Counted from the stretch's first letter, positions 10,924 through 20,065 are shown. The stretch: 64,000 bases of DNA from Solirubrobacterales bacterium (GCA_035557635.1 DATMDR010000061.1:44730-108729); one strand, 5' to 3'. The notes: generated from the letters alone by a model not told the origin. Made by a program: numbers and translations.

Positions 10924-10950
10924 GCCCTACCGTTATTTGTTTACCCCCAT
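10915..10950. other. attL-like junction of the integrated element
   Basis: Host coding frame ends at CTC (10921-10923). The element arm GCCCTACCGTTATTTGTTTACCCCC follows. It mirrors the arm at the other end (see findings). Confidence 0.6.
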
Positions 10951-11108
10951 CCGTGTCAGCAGCCCTTCGCCTCAAAAGGACGGCTAGATCGCTGCCACGG
11001 CCAACTCCGGTCTCTGGGCCGGTAGTGCTTCGAGTAGCGCGCTAACGCAGTTCGCACTCCCTAAAAGCTCATCGCTGCCTTTGCCGACTGAGCCGCATAG
11101 CCTTCTTT

Positions 11109-11345
11109 CTAATGAGGAGTGCTGAAGAACTCCACTACTACCCGGATCGTGCCTTCCAAGCCACTGCCTGGTTCACGGTTTCTGATGGCAAGCATCAAAG
11201 CGACGCTGAGCCCTCCGACAATCACGAGAATAGTGCCAAGAGAGACAGACCCAAATGCAAGCTGCCAAATTCCAGCTCCCCATAGGGACAGGCAAGCTAG
11301 GCAGACAGCCAAGAAACCGACCCAGCGCCAGACTCGCCGCGTCAT
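11109..11345 (-). CDS. small membrane protein (2 TM)
   Basis: 78 aa with helices WVGFLAVCLACLSLWGAGIW and LGTILVIVGGLSVALMLAI. 3-nt gap from the upstream gene. Last gene of the RHS operon. Confidence 0.55.
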   Translation of the reverse strand: MTRRVWRWVGFLAVCLACLSLWGAGIWQLAFGSVSLGTILVIVGGLSVALMLAIRNREPGSGLEGTIRVVVEFFSTPH

Positions 11346-11348
11346 CAG

Positions 11349-12068
11349 TTATCCGACAGCGAGCTGACTTCCAAACGGAGGAGGCCTTCGGTCGATTTGC
11401 ACCCCAAAGTCCCAGAACTCAGTTCCCGACCACAGTACGGTCGTGCTCTGCTCCTGATAAGAGACTTCATAGCTCACTCGGCGGACTCTACCTTGATCAT
11501 CAATCCAGGTGAGTACCTGGATTGAGGCGCTTAGACCTCCTAGCCCATCATCCGCATACGGTGCAATCTCGCTCCATGCAGACCCTTGAAACTGACCTGG
11601 ATAAAGCACTGACTGATAGCAAGAAGTAGCGCTTCCACGAATCAATACATCATGCTCTGGCAATCGAGACATATCGTCTACCGAAGCTAGGGGTCCAAAT
11701 ATAAAAAGCGGATTTCTGGTGGGCCGGAGATCGGACACCTCTCCACTTTGCTCACCCCATTCTCCGTCCTTACCCAAAAGCCATTGGGCTCCCCCCTCGA
11801 AGTAGAGTTCTTGTCCACTCCCAACGATTCGGTCCGCGAGCCCGTATAGAAGTCGATAGACCGGGCGGGTCAGCTTAGAGCTGTCCTTCGCACGGTCGTT
11901 GACCATTCGCCTCGAAAACAGGCGATCATGCATCCAAATCCGATCCTGGTCGAAGTCAACGAGGCCTTCGCCTCTTCTATCTATTGGCTCCGGCACTGGA
12001 TTGCCTATGCGCGCGAACACAGACAACTGAGCACTCGCGGCGCTCAGCGTCTCATCAACCACACGCAA
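11349..12068 (-). CDS. hypothetical protein immediately downstream of the RHS toxin (candidate immunity protein)
   Basis: 239 aa, no signal peptide or TM helix. Starts 52 nt after the RHS stop on the same strand. Function assigned from position only. Confidence 0.5.
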   Translation of the reverse strand: MRVVDETLSAASAQLSVFARIGNPVPEPIDRRGEGLVDFDQDRIWMHDRLFSRRMVNDRAKDSSKLTRPVYRLLYGLADRIVGSGQELYFEGGAQWLLGKDGEWGEQSGEVSDLRPTRNPLFIFGPLASVDDMSRLPEHDVLIRGSATSCYQSVLYPGQFQGSAWSEIAPYADDGLGGLSASIQVLTWIDDQGRVRRVSYEVSYQEQSTTVLWSGTEFWDFGVQIDRRPPPFGSQLAVG

Positions 12069-12120
12069 AGGATCAGGATTTGGCAGTGCACTCCCTTCTC
12101 AGGCTAGCCAGATGCATATG

Positions 12121-15100
12121 CTAGCGGCTCACTGGTAGAACTGGCGTTTCTTCCAGCTGAGCCCTTACTCGATTAAGTAGATCCTTGAGGCTTGGACTTC
12201 GGTGTGGCTGTGCCGCCGTGGGCGGTGGATTCGGTGGAGGCGGCGACATCGTTGGGCCGTTGCCAGTAATGCAGCTGAAACCACACACGGCAAGGTCCCA
12301 CAGATTACAGAAATCAGCAAAGCATGAACCAAGTGAAACGATACCTTTACTCGCAGCGAGGCAGTGCTGAATCTTTGTGTACTTCATCGCTACGTTGCGT
12401 GCAGTGCAATGCCTTCTAATGCAAGTCCTGAGACACTGCACAATGCCTTCCCTCGGCCTAGTCGAGCATCCCGTTAGATCGAGCTGGTTTAGCGGATCTT
12501 GGTTCGCATAATCATATGAATTGGCCGAACCGCCCAAGACCCGATCAAGCGATGTAAAGCGACCCATCGCTGGAACATAGGTTCGAACGCCCATTTGAAC
12601 TATCCCCGAAGCAAACTCCGTCCGTCGCTGATGACTCCCGAGCCAACCATATCTTTTGGCTTCGCCTTTCGGTTTGCCGAACTCGTCGGACTCAAAGGTT
12701 GCTAGCAGTTTGGTGGCTTCTGGATCGAGGCTAGCCGTCGCAACGATGTCGCCATGCATGTTTGCCAACTGAAGAATCGTGCCCTGAGCGCTATCGTGCA
12801 GTGCCACCAGTTCTCCCCCAATTCCACTGATGGTGCGCGACCAGTTTGACCCCTGATCGATCCAAACTGGAGCGTCGGTACTGTTGGCGTAGTGATATAT
12901 TTCGGTACCCGATTTGGTGCCTGTTTGGACCCGTTGACGCTGTCGCAGGGATGCGTCGAGGTCGTAGGTGTTGGTGATTCCGTCCTGGGTCTGGCTGCGG
13001 ATCAGGTCGCTGCTGTAGTAGGTCGAGGTCAGCGTTCCCCCGCCTGAAAAGGCTTTGGGGAGCGTCGTGATCCTGCCGAAGTCGTCGTAGGCGATTTCAG
13101 TGCCGAGCAGGCGGTCTCCGGTGTCGTATTTGTATTCTTGGACGTTGCCTTTCGAGCTGATGTCGCAGGCGCCTTCAATGCCAGGTTCCCGCGTGATGAG
13201 AGCGGTGCGATTGGAGTTGGCATCGTAGTTGTAGGTGCGGGTCGTACACGAGCCGCCCTGCGGAGTGTCCTTGACCAGAGTGAGGCGACCTGCTTTGTCA
13301 TAGGAATATTGCTGAGAAGACAAGGCCGAGGTTTGACTGAGCCACTGCCCATGAATCGACCTCTCAACCTCGAAGTCGAGCCATGTACATTCGGAGACGC
13401 AATTCGTCGTCTTCTCGTAGGCTAGGTGGACGGACGCACCAGTCTCGTCGTAAGTGGTGGTTGCCGTGAGGCCGTTCGGGAAGTCCCGTTCGACCAAGTT
13501 GCCGTCGGCGTCATAGGTCGCGGTGAAGGTTCCTGCTGCGGAATCGTTCAGCTGCACGAGCAGGCCCGAGGTCGGGTCATAGGTGCGGGTCTGCACGCCC
13601 TTGCCATCGCTGGATATCACCGGGCGACTGAGCAAGTCATAGCCGGTGCTCGAGAGATTGCCGTCGGCGTCTTCGTAGCTGATCGGTCGCCCGAGCGTGT
13701 CGTAGACGGTCCTCGTCGCCTGGCGGTCGTAGCTGCTGGAGAGAACCCACTTCTGGATCCGGTCGTTGCCGGCGTCTGAGACCCAGACGTTGCCTGCTGA
13801 ATCAGCCGCGAGCCCTGATGGCCAGGTCAGGCTGAACTGGCCCTGGCCTGAGCCTGGCGCGCCGAACTTGGCGACGTATTTCCCCTCGGTGTCGAACTGC
13901 TGGACGCGACCGTTGCTCGCATCTAGGACCCAGACATTGCCTTTGGAGACCTCGACCGCATCCGGATTGATGAATTTGCCGTCGGTGTTGCCGTTGGAGC
14001 CGAACTGGAAAAGGAATTTGCCGGTCGCAGAGAAAACGCTGACGCGGTGTTTGGTCCAATCGGCGACCCAGACCTTGCCCTCGCCAACGTCAAGGCCAGC
14101 GGACTCGCCGAACTGGCCTTCGCCGGAGCCGGAGGAACCGACTGCTTTGATGAAGTTGCCTTCGGCGTCGAACTCCTGCACGCGGCCGCTGTAGTCGCTG
14201 ACCCAGAGCTCACCCTGGGCGTCGATCCCGATGCTCCTCGGCCCGTAGCCCGAGAATTTGCCATCGGTCGAGCCTAGGGAGCCGAATTCGTCTAGGTATT
14301 CTCCTTTGGTGTTGAACTTCTGGACACGGTGATTGCCCCTGTCGGCGACCCAGAGATCGCCGTTGGCATCGATCGCGATGTCCATCGGGTCACTGAGTTT
14401 GCCTTTGGCAGTCCCCAGGCCGCCGAACTCGAAGACGTAGTTCCCTGAGGAGTCGAGCTTCTGGACCCGGTTGTTGAGCCGGTCGACCACCCAGAGGTTG
14501 CCCTGGCCGTCGAAGGCGCTGCCGGCGGGATGGTTGAATTCTTTTTTGCCGGTGCCCGAGGAGCCGTAGGTGGCCGAGTAGTCGATGCTGGTTTTGCATT
14601 CGCTTTCGCAGACGAAGCGCTGGGTGGTCGGGCGGCCGGTGGCGGAGCCGTAGAGAGTCTCCGTCGTCGGGACCGCGACCCCGCCGCCTAGGCGTTTGAC
14701 CATCAGCGTCCGACCCGCTTCGTCGTAGGTCGTGATCGTCTTACGGGTCTTGGCGGGATCAGAGGTACCGCCGGGGCTTTCGATCACTTCGGTTGGCTGA
14801 CCAAGAGGGGAATAGGAGGCGTAATACGTCACTAGGAGGTCGGGTTGGCCTGCTGTTCCCGGTTGAGCCGCAGGCTTGACTTCGCAAGGCAGGCCCGTAA
14901 ACGCCGGTTTGGCATAGCACCGCGCTGGCCCCAGTGGATCATGGCCGTAGTAGACAGTCCGAGTCGATCGTGCATCCCCGCCGTTGGGATTTGCAGGCAA
15001 CCGTCTTTCGATTGGCAATCGACTCGTGTTGAAGGGGAGATACTCGATATGAGTTCGTAGTTTGAGTCCTTCCGGCTCAACTATTGTGTCGATTGGCAGA

Positions 15101-18100
15101 CGCAGGGTCCAGTTGTATTTCGTTTCCTTGACACGCTGATCTGCGTCTTTTCCTTCGCCTTTAACGCTTGCGCCAATGGTTTCCCGGGTTGGCAGATGAT
15201 ACTGAGGCGTCCCGGCAGGAGGAGGCGGTGCATTTTCGTCATCGTCATAGTTAATAGTGCGATGCCTTCGCGCCGGAACGACGGCGCCTGATTCCTCCAG
15301 GCGAGTAAGGTGCAACGGCCCCCATTCCTCGCGCAACTCGATGCCATCCGCAGAGAAGAGACGTTTAGTGTCGAGTTCTTCTGAGCGCGTGACCGATTTA
15401 GGGCCTTCCGCTAGGGCGCGTAGGCGGTTTTGAGGGCTGAGTTCACGTACGGTATTACCGTATTCGTCTGTTTCTGCTGTGGTAATTGATGGCCCCGAAG
15501 TTCCAGCGCCGGTTTCCGTGGCGGTATTGACCAGCAGACCTTCAGCATCCATGTAAAAGACGGTCGCGCGGGAGAAGCTACTGGGCGGATTTGCCGGAAC
15601 CTGATCGGGCGGAAACACGGCAGTTGCATCGACAGGAATGTCTTTCTGTCCCCATTTCGCGATGTCGGCAGCGCCCATTTCGTAGGGCGCACCGCTGCCG
15701 CTGATCGGTACCCCGTAGACGACGGTTGTCTGCGCGATGGATGGACTGCTGAGGAGGCTCGGTCGTTTGACGCTCACCAGGCGGCCATTTGCTTTCTCGC
15801 CGTCGTGGGAGCCGTATTCAAACGTCCACGGCTCCTCCCCCGGCGGCGTGATCGATTTGAGCTGCCCTGCTGCCTCGTAGGAGTAGGTCTCTTTAAGCGT
15901 TGGCGAGATCCGAGGGTCCCAAGCTTCGATGAGCCTGCCTTCTGAGTTGTATTTGTAGTTGGCTACCTGCCAGCTTTTCATCGCTGGGGTCGCACCGCTG
16001 CCAACAGCGGCGTGATATGTGATGGAGGCGAGGCGATCCCCGTAAGCTGCGGGGGCCCCCCAATTCGTCGCCGGTGCGTATTGGAACGTAAGCGTGCGAC
16101 ATCCAGGCATTACCGGGGCTTCTTTTTCCGTACATTCGTACGTCGAAGGCCCGATCACCATGATTAGCCGCCGGTTGCTGCCTTCGATTTTGTAAACCAT
16201 CCGCGTATTGTTGGCGCCGCTCCCTGTTTGAGAGACAGAGACTGGCAGATATTCAGTGCCACCGGAACTGTTTTCAAAGATCGTGCGGTTGCCATCGGGG
16301 TCAGTGAGAAAGAACTGATTTTCTTTCTTAGTCAGAAGCCAGCCGGACGCTTCGGGCGGGGAAATATAGCCGCCAGATCCATTTTGTTCGAATGCGTACT
16401 CGTCGCCGTTGAGATGGGTTAGCACAACATAGTTTTCAAGTCCTTCTATTTTTTCTTCTTCCGATACCACAATTTCACGCGCATGTCGCCATTCAGCCCC
16501 TCCTGCCGCTTCGACTGGAATGCCAGATTTCCAGCCACGGCCTAGCAGCCCGGTATCCGATGTTCCGGGATCGCGTGAGTTGTGAGTGCGAGAAAATTCC
16601 AGCGCAGTCTCAAAAACAGGAATTGAAATATCCGTCCTGCTAATGGAAAAATTTCCAGTAAGTAGATTGACAGAACCTGGGCCAACTGAGGCTGCGGCAT
16701 CCTGCGTACCACCCAAGTCGCGGTCAACTTTAGCTTCGACGGGAACGGTGTAGCCGGCAGCTGCGCCAGCACCATCCAATATCGCTCTGACCTGGATCGG
16801 GCCGCCAACTTTTTCAAGCGAGCTAGTTACGTGCGCCGCATCAAAGAAAAGCGGTGGGGTTTTCTGGCTAGCAACAACGGGAAGTGGCCATTTTTTGAGT
16901 TCTTCTCCCTGTGAATCCCGAACCAGACTAATCGGAACCGTTTGGAAGGGGCCTGTTTTCCCCTCCCTAAACTGATAGGTGACACCTGTCACGCCTGTTT
17001 CGGTCCAAGCAGCTTGGAGCTTGAGACGTCGCGCGGTCTGAGTCCCATCAGTTGGAGAAGTGACTTTGCTGGAGCTAGGAGCTTTGTCGTAATAGATAAC
17101 TTCCATGCGGGGCCGCTTGCTGGTGTCGACCGCAGCACTGGAATCGAAAGTCAGCGAGCGTTCTTTGCAAGCCGGCGAGCATTCGAGTTTCGTATCGTCG
17201 AGGAGCTTCAGCATCAAGCCCTGGTTGGGGAATAGAAGGCCGTTAACCCAGTTATCGACTAGGCTCGTCAGCCCAGGCCCGGAGAATTCCCACCAGCCCG
17301 CCTGGCCGCCGCGATCTTTGGTCAGTATCTGCGCGCCTTCGGAGGTGTAGTCGCCGCCGATCAGAGTCCACTTGAAGAGACTGCTGTACCTGTTCCAAAT
17401 CAACGTACTTTCCCAATTCTTTGTTGCCCGGCGGAGCTCGACTCCTTCCGTGTTGACGGCTGTAGCCGGCGCATGGACTTTGACCGCCGCCGCCATTATG
17501 TAGGGCTTTTTGCCGACGCCGTTGAGCGCGCTTAGATCGAACTTCAAGAGAGAGCGTGCCCATTCGTTGACGCCACTTGCCTGACGGTAGCGGGCATATA
17601 GTGCTTTTTGCCCGCCTGGACCACAGAGGCCCCAACCGTTTTTCCCTTCGAACTGTCCGGGGGGTACCCCGGGCGTTTTCGTGCCGCCAAAAGTGCAGTC
17701 GAGACTCGGGCTGTTGAGTTCGAGTGGGGGGTCGAGATGGATCGGCCAAGTCAGGTCTTCGCGCTTGAACCAGTCACCGTCGGCGTCGACCGTCAGTTCC
17801 CAGCTCTGCTCATCTACAGGCTGGAGTTCGTAATAGACGTCACGCGACACGCTCGGCTCGGGCGAGCTGTCGAGCAGCACTGGCGCTGGAATCGTGGCGA
17901 GCGACCGGTCGCTTGTGTCCCGGAACTCGATCGATCCGTCCTCGAGGAGCTTCGGGCTCAGGCCTTCCGACATCTCCAGGGCGAAGCGAAAGACGCGCGG
18001 CTCGGAGGGATCGGCGAGAACGATGTCCTCCTTGAACCCGTTGGCGAGGCTCGTCAGCTCGAACCGGGTGCCGCCGTCGGCGGTTTCGTAGCTCGCAGTG

Positions 18101-18564
18101 GCGCCTCGTACGTCTGCTGGTCTTGAAGGAGAATCCAGGAGGCGGGTCGCTATCCATCCGCCGCCGAAGCTGAGATGAACCGGCCCCTCTCCCATTCGTT
18201 CCGGCAAGGTGAGGTCGAAGGCATTGGGGCCATTGGTGAGGCCGGTGCCGTCGGATTGCTCTGCGAGGTCTTCGCCGATCGGCTTCCAGTCGCCCTCGGC
18301 ATCTCGATAGTGGATCGGGCTCTCGTAGAGGACGGTCCGAAGGGCTCCGCTGGAAAGGCGGAAGGTCTCTGAGGTCGCAGTGCGTCTTGCGTCCAGCTCG
18401 ACGCCGGTTTCTGACTCAGGCGGAGCCTCAAGCCGTTGCGAACTGCTCTCTTCTGGCTCTGCGATCACCTGTCCCGCTGACAGCGCACACAGCAGGATTG
18501 CCAATAGAACCGCCCAGCTCCCACGTCTTACCCCTCGCAGATTCTTCACTCCCCCACCTTTCAA
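12121..18564 (-). CDS. secreted RHS/YD-repeat polymorphic toxin with an internal NHL beta-propeller
   Basis: Signal peptide (WAVLLAILLCALSAGQVIA). Many YD repeats (YDxxGR/YxYDxxxR). Six NHL repeats. RHS-associated core ending YVPAMGRFTSLD...YDYANQDPLNQLDLTG. A 115-aa divergent C-terminal tail. Confidence 0.92.
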   Translation of the reverse strand: MKGGGVKNLRGVRRGSWAVLLAILLCALSAGQVIAEPEESSSQRLEAPPESETGVELDARRTATSETFRLSSGALRTVLYESPIHYRDAEGDWKPIGEDLAEQSDGTGLTNGPNAFDLTLPERMGEGPVHLSFGGGWIATRLLDSPSRPADVRGATASYETADGGTRFELTSLANGFKEDIVLADPSEPRVFRFALEMSEGLSPKLLEDGSIEFRDTSDRSLATIPAPVLLDSSPEPSVSRDVYYELQPVDEQSWELTVDADGDWFKREDLTWPIHLDPPLELNSPSLDCTFGGTKTPGVPPGQFEGKNGWGLCGPGGQKALYARYRQASGVNEWARSLLKFDLSALNGVGKKPYIMAAAVKVHAPATAVNTEGVELRRATKNWESTLIWNRYSSLFKWTLIGGDYTSEGAQILTKDRGGQAGWWEFSGPGLTSLVDNWVNGLLFPNQGLMLKLLDDTKLECSPACKERSLTFDSSAAVDTSKRPRMEVIYYDKAPSSSKVTSPTDGTQTARRLKLQAAWTETGVTGVTYQFREGKTGPFQTVPISLVRDSQGEELKKWPLPVVASQKTPPLFFDAAHVTSSLEKVGGPIQVRAILDGAGAAAGYTVPVEAKVDRDLGGTQDAAASVGPGSVNLLTGNFSISRTDISIPVFETALEFSRTHNSRDPGTSDTGLLGRGWKSGIPVEAAGGAEWRHAREIVVSEEEKIEGLENYVVLTHLNGDEYAFEQNGSGGYISPPEASGWLLTKKENQFFLTDPDGNRTIFENSSGGTEYLPVSVSQTGSGANNTRMVYKIEGSNRRLIMVIGPSTYECTEKEAPVMPGCRTLTFQYAPATNWGAPAAYGDRLASITYHAAVGSGATPAMKSWQVANYKYNSEGRLIEAWDPRISPTLKETYSYEAAGQLKSITPPGEEPWTFEYGSHDGEKANGRLVSVKRPSLLSSPSIAQTTVVYGVPISGSGAPYEMGAADIAKWGQKDIPVDATAVFPPDQVPANPPSSFSRATVFYMDAEGLLVNTATETGAGTSGPSITTAETDEYGNTVRELSPQNRLRALAEGPKSVTRSEELDTKRLFSADGIELREEWGPLHLTRLEESGAVVPARRHRTINYDDDENAPPPPAGTPQYHLPTRETIGASVKGEGKDADQRVKETKYNWTLRLPIDTIVEPEGLKLRTHIEYLPFNTSRLPIERRLPANPNGGDARSTRTVYYGHDPLGPARCYAKPAFTGLPCEVKPAAQPGTAGQPDLLVTYYASYSPLGQPTEVIESPGGTSDPAKTRKTITTYDEAGRTLMVKRLGGGVAVPTTETLYGSATGRPTTQRFVCESECKTSIDYSATYGSSGTGKKEFNHPAGSAFDGQGNLWVVDRLNNRVQKLDSSGNYVFEFGGLGTAKGKLSDPMDIAIDANGDLWVADRGNHRVQKFNTKGEYLDEFGSLGSTDGKFSGYGPRSIGIDAQGELWVSDYSGRVQEFDAEGNFIKAVGSSGSGEGQFGESAGLDVGEGKVWVADWTKHRVSVFSATGKFLFQFGSNGNTDGKFINPDAVEVSKGNVWVLDASNGRVQQFDTEGKYVAKFGAPGSGQGQFSLTWPSGLAADSAGNVWVSDAGNDRIQKWVLSSSYDRQATRTVYDTLGRPISYEDADGNLSSTGYDLLSRPVISSDGKGVQTRTYDPTSGLLVQLNDSAAGTFTATYDADGNLVERDFPNGLTATTTYDETGASVHLAYEKTTNCVSECTWLDFEVERSIHGQWLSQTSALSSQQYSYDKAGRLTLVKDTPQGGSCTTRTYNYDANSNRTALITREPGIEGACDISSKGNVQEYKYDTGDRLLGTEIAYDDFGRITTLPKAFSGGGTLTSTYYSSDLIRSQTQDGITNTYDLDASLRQRQRVQTGTKSGTEIYHYANSTDAPVWIDQGSNWSRTISGIGGELVALHDSAQGTILQLANMHGDIVATASLDPEATKLLATFESDEFGKPKGEAKRYGWLGSHQRRTEFASGIVQMGVRTYVPAMGRFTSLDRVLGGSANSYDYANQDPLNQLDLTGCSTRPREGIVQCLRTCIRRHCTARNVAMKYTKIQHCLAASKGIVSLGSCFADFCNLWDLAVCGFSCITGNGPTMSPPPPNPPPTAAQPHRSPSLKDLLNRVRAQLEETPVLPVSR
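13747..14545 (-). repeat. six tandem NHL-type repeats (coding) inside the RHS ORF
   Basis: GNLWVVDRLNNRVQKLD / GDLWVADRGNHRVQKFN / GELWVSDYSGRVQEFD / GKVWVADWTKHRVSVFS / GNVWVLDASNGRVQQFD / GNVWVSDAGNDRIQKW, spaced about 45 aa apart. Confidence 0.85.
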
Positions 18565-18578
18565 GAAATGGCTGATGC

Positions 18579-18887
18579 CTAGTTACTTAGGCCTGACAGA
18601 GCAGAAGCTGTGAAGAAACAGAGTTTCTCCCCGGCTCCACGGATTGGACGAACCTCAACCACCTCTAGGACACCTTGATCGCACAGAGTCTTCAGGTGAT
18701 AAGAGATGGCTGAGCTGGTGACCTTTTCATCTAGGACCTGCTCCAGCTGGATAGCTGACACCGGCTGTCCAATCCTTGTGATGGCTTCGAGCACTGCCAG
18801 CTTGGTTGGGCTGATCGCATGAGCCGTGAGCGCACTCCAATCCAAGCGGTTGCTCTGGCTGTGGTGACTGGTCACGTTTGGAGACAT
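18579..18887 (-). CDS. ArsR/SmtB-like winged-helix transcription regulator
   Basis: LAVLEAI...SAIQLEQVL...SSAISYHLKTLCDQGVLEVV wHTH pattern. Ends 14 nt upstream of the RHS start. Confidence 0.7.
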   Translation of the reverse strand: MSPNVTSHHSQSNRLDWSALTAHAISPTKLAVLEAITRIGQPVSAIQLEQVLDEKVTSSAISYHLKTLCDQGVLEVVEVRPIRGAGEKLCFFTASALSGLSN

Positions 18888-19074
18888 AGATCGAGTTGAC
18901 TGTGCCTCCGACGCGGGTGGTGCTGACGATATCCACCCGCATCGGAGACTTGAGAGCAGAACCGCTGCCCATTTTGGGGCTGGTCAAACGGTTATCTGAT
19001 CCTTAGTGATGGAAACTTTCACACCGAAGCGACCCTGTCAATCGTCACTTTTTAAGTGCGCGAAATATGTTCGC

Positions 19075-19722
19075 TCAGTCTTCTATAGACGGTGCATAAT
19101 TACGTTCCGGTCGGCCTTGTCGACATCTTGAGAAAGCCGTTGCAGTGACAATAGTTGTCGTGCCGGCCTCGCCAGATTCGCACATTCGAGTGGCCGCCCT
19201 GCCCTTTATGTCCGCCAATCGCTCATACGAGGCAGCAAGCTCATCGGCTACTTCGCGCCTTCCTTCAGCATCTAGATTCAAGGCGTCCCAGAGAAGCCAC
19301 AGATCCTCATCGGACTCCATTTTGCCGGCACGATAAGAGGCAAGCGTCTCGGTGAGAATCGACTGGATGGTGACACCGATTATGTCGTGGCGTTCCTCCA
19401 TAGTCATGGCTTGGTATGCCTCATCGGTGATGTAGGGCAGGATGACGGTCCTATAGAAGCGCTCGGTTACGTTGCCCCTTGCCACCGTCCCCGCATCTTC
19501 GATGCAGCCGGACTCGAAGAGTTCGCGGACATGGTGGCCGACGAGCTTCACGTCCTCGTCCATGATCTTGGCGAGTTCGCTACTGCTGCGCTTACCCTCA
19601 GCGAGGATCGACAGCACCTCGTTCCTAACCGGGTGTCCAAGCGCCCAGGCCACGGCCTCGTCCATCTTCTTCCGTTTGCGCTCGGCTGGCGGCTTCCGAG
19701 TTGCTGCCAGTTTCTCTGCCAA
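19075..19722 (-). CDS. wHTH (ArsR-like) protein with a helical C-terminal extension
   Basis: ALGHPVRNEVLSILAEGKRSSSELAKIM...VGHHVRELFESGCIE wHTH pattern. 215 aa. Confidence 0.65.
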   Translation of the reverse strand: MAEKLAATRKPPAERKRKKMDEAVAWALGHPVRNEVLSILAEGKRSSSELAKIMDEDVKLVGHHVRELFESGCIEDAGTVARGNVTERFYRTVILPYITDEAYQAMTMEERHDIIGVTIQSILTETLASYRAGKMESDEDLWLLWDALNLDAEGRREVADELAASYERLADIKGRAATRMCESGEAGTTTIVTATAFSRCRQGRPERNYAPSIED

Positions 19723-20065
19723 GGCTGACCCTCCAGTCGAAGTTCTTTGGCTACTCGATAGTGCCTGAGCTTATGGCTTTTCGGAGCCAGTTTTTCTGCT
19801 GCGCTCACGAAAATCACGACGCTCAAAATTTTCTTCACCATTCCCCTCCCGCCCCGGCAAGAGGCCGGGAGCTGACGAGCGGGAGGGAGGTGAGCAGAAA
19901 TGAAGATCGCCCAGGTCGGGTCAGTGGTGCCGTTGTTGCAGGTCATCAAGAACCGCTAGGCACCCGTAGAGGGCCGGTCTCCGGCTGCTCGCACAGGGAA
20001 GGGGGCCGGCCCAATTCTCAACGCAGCAGGTCGCTCGTCGCGACCTTCATAGCTCTTGCGAGCCC

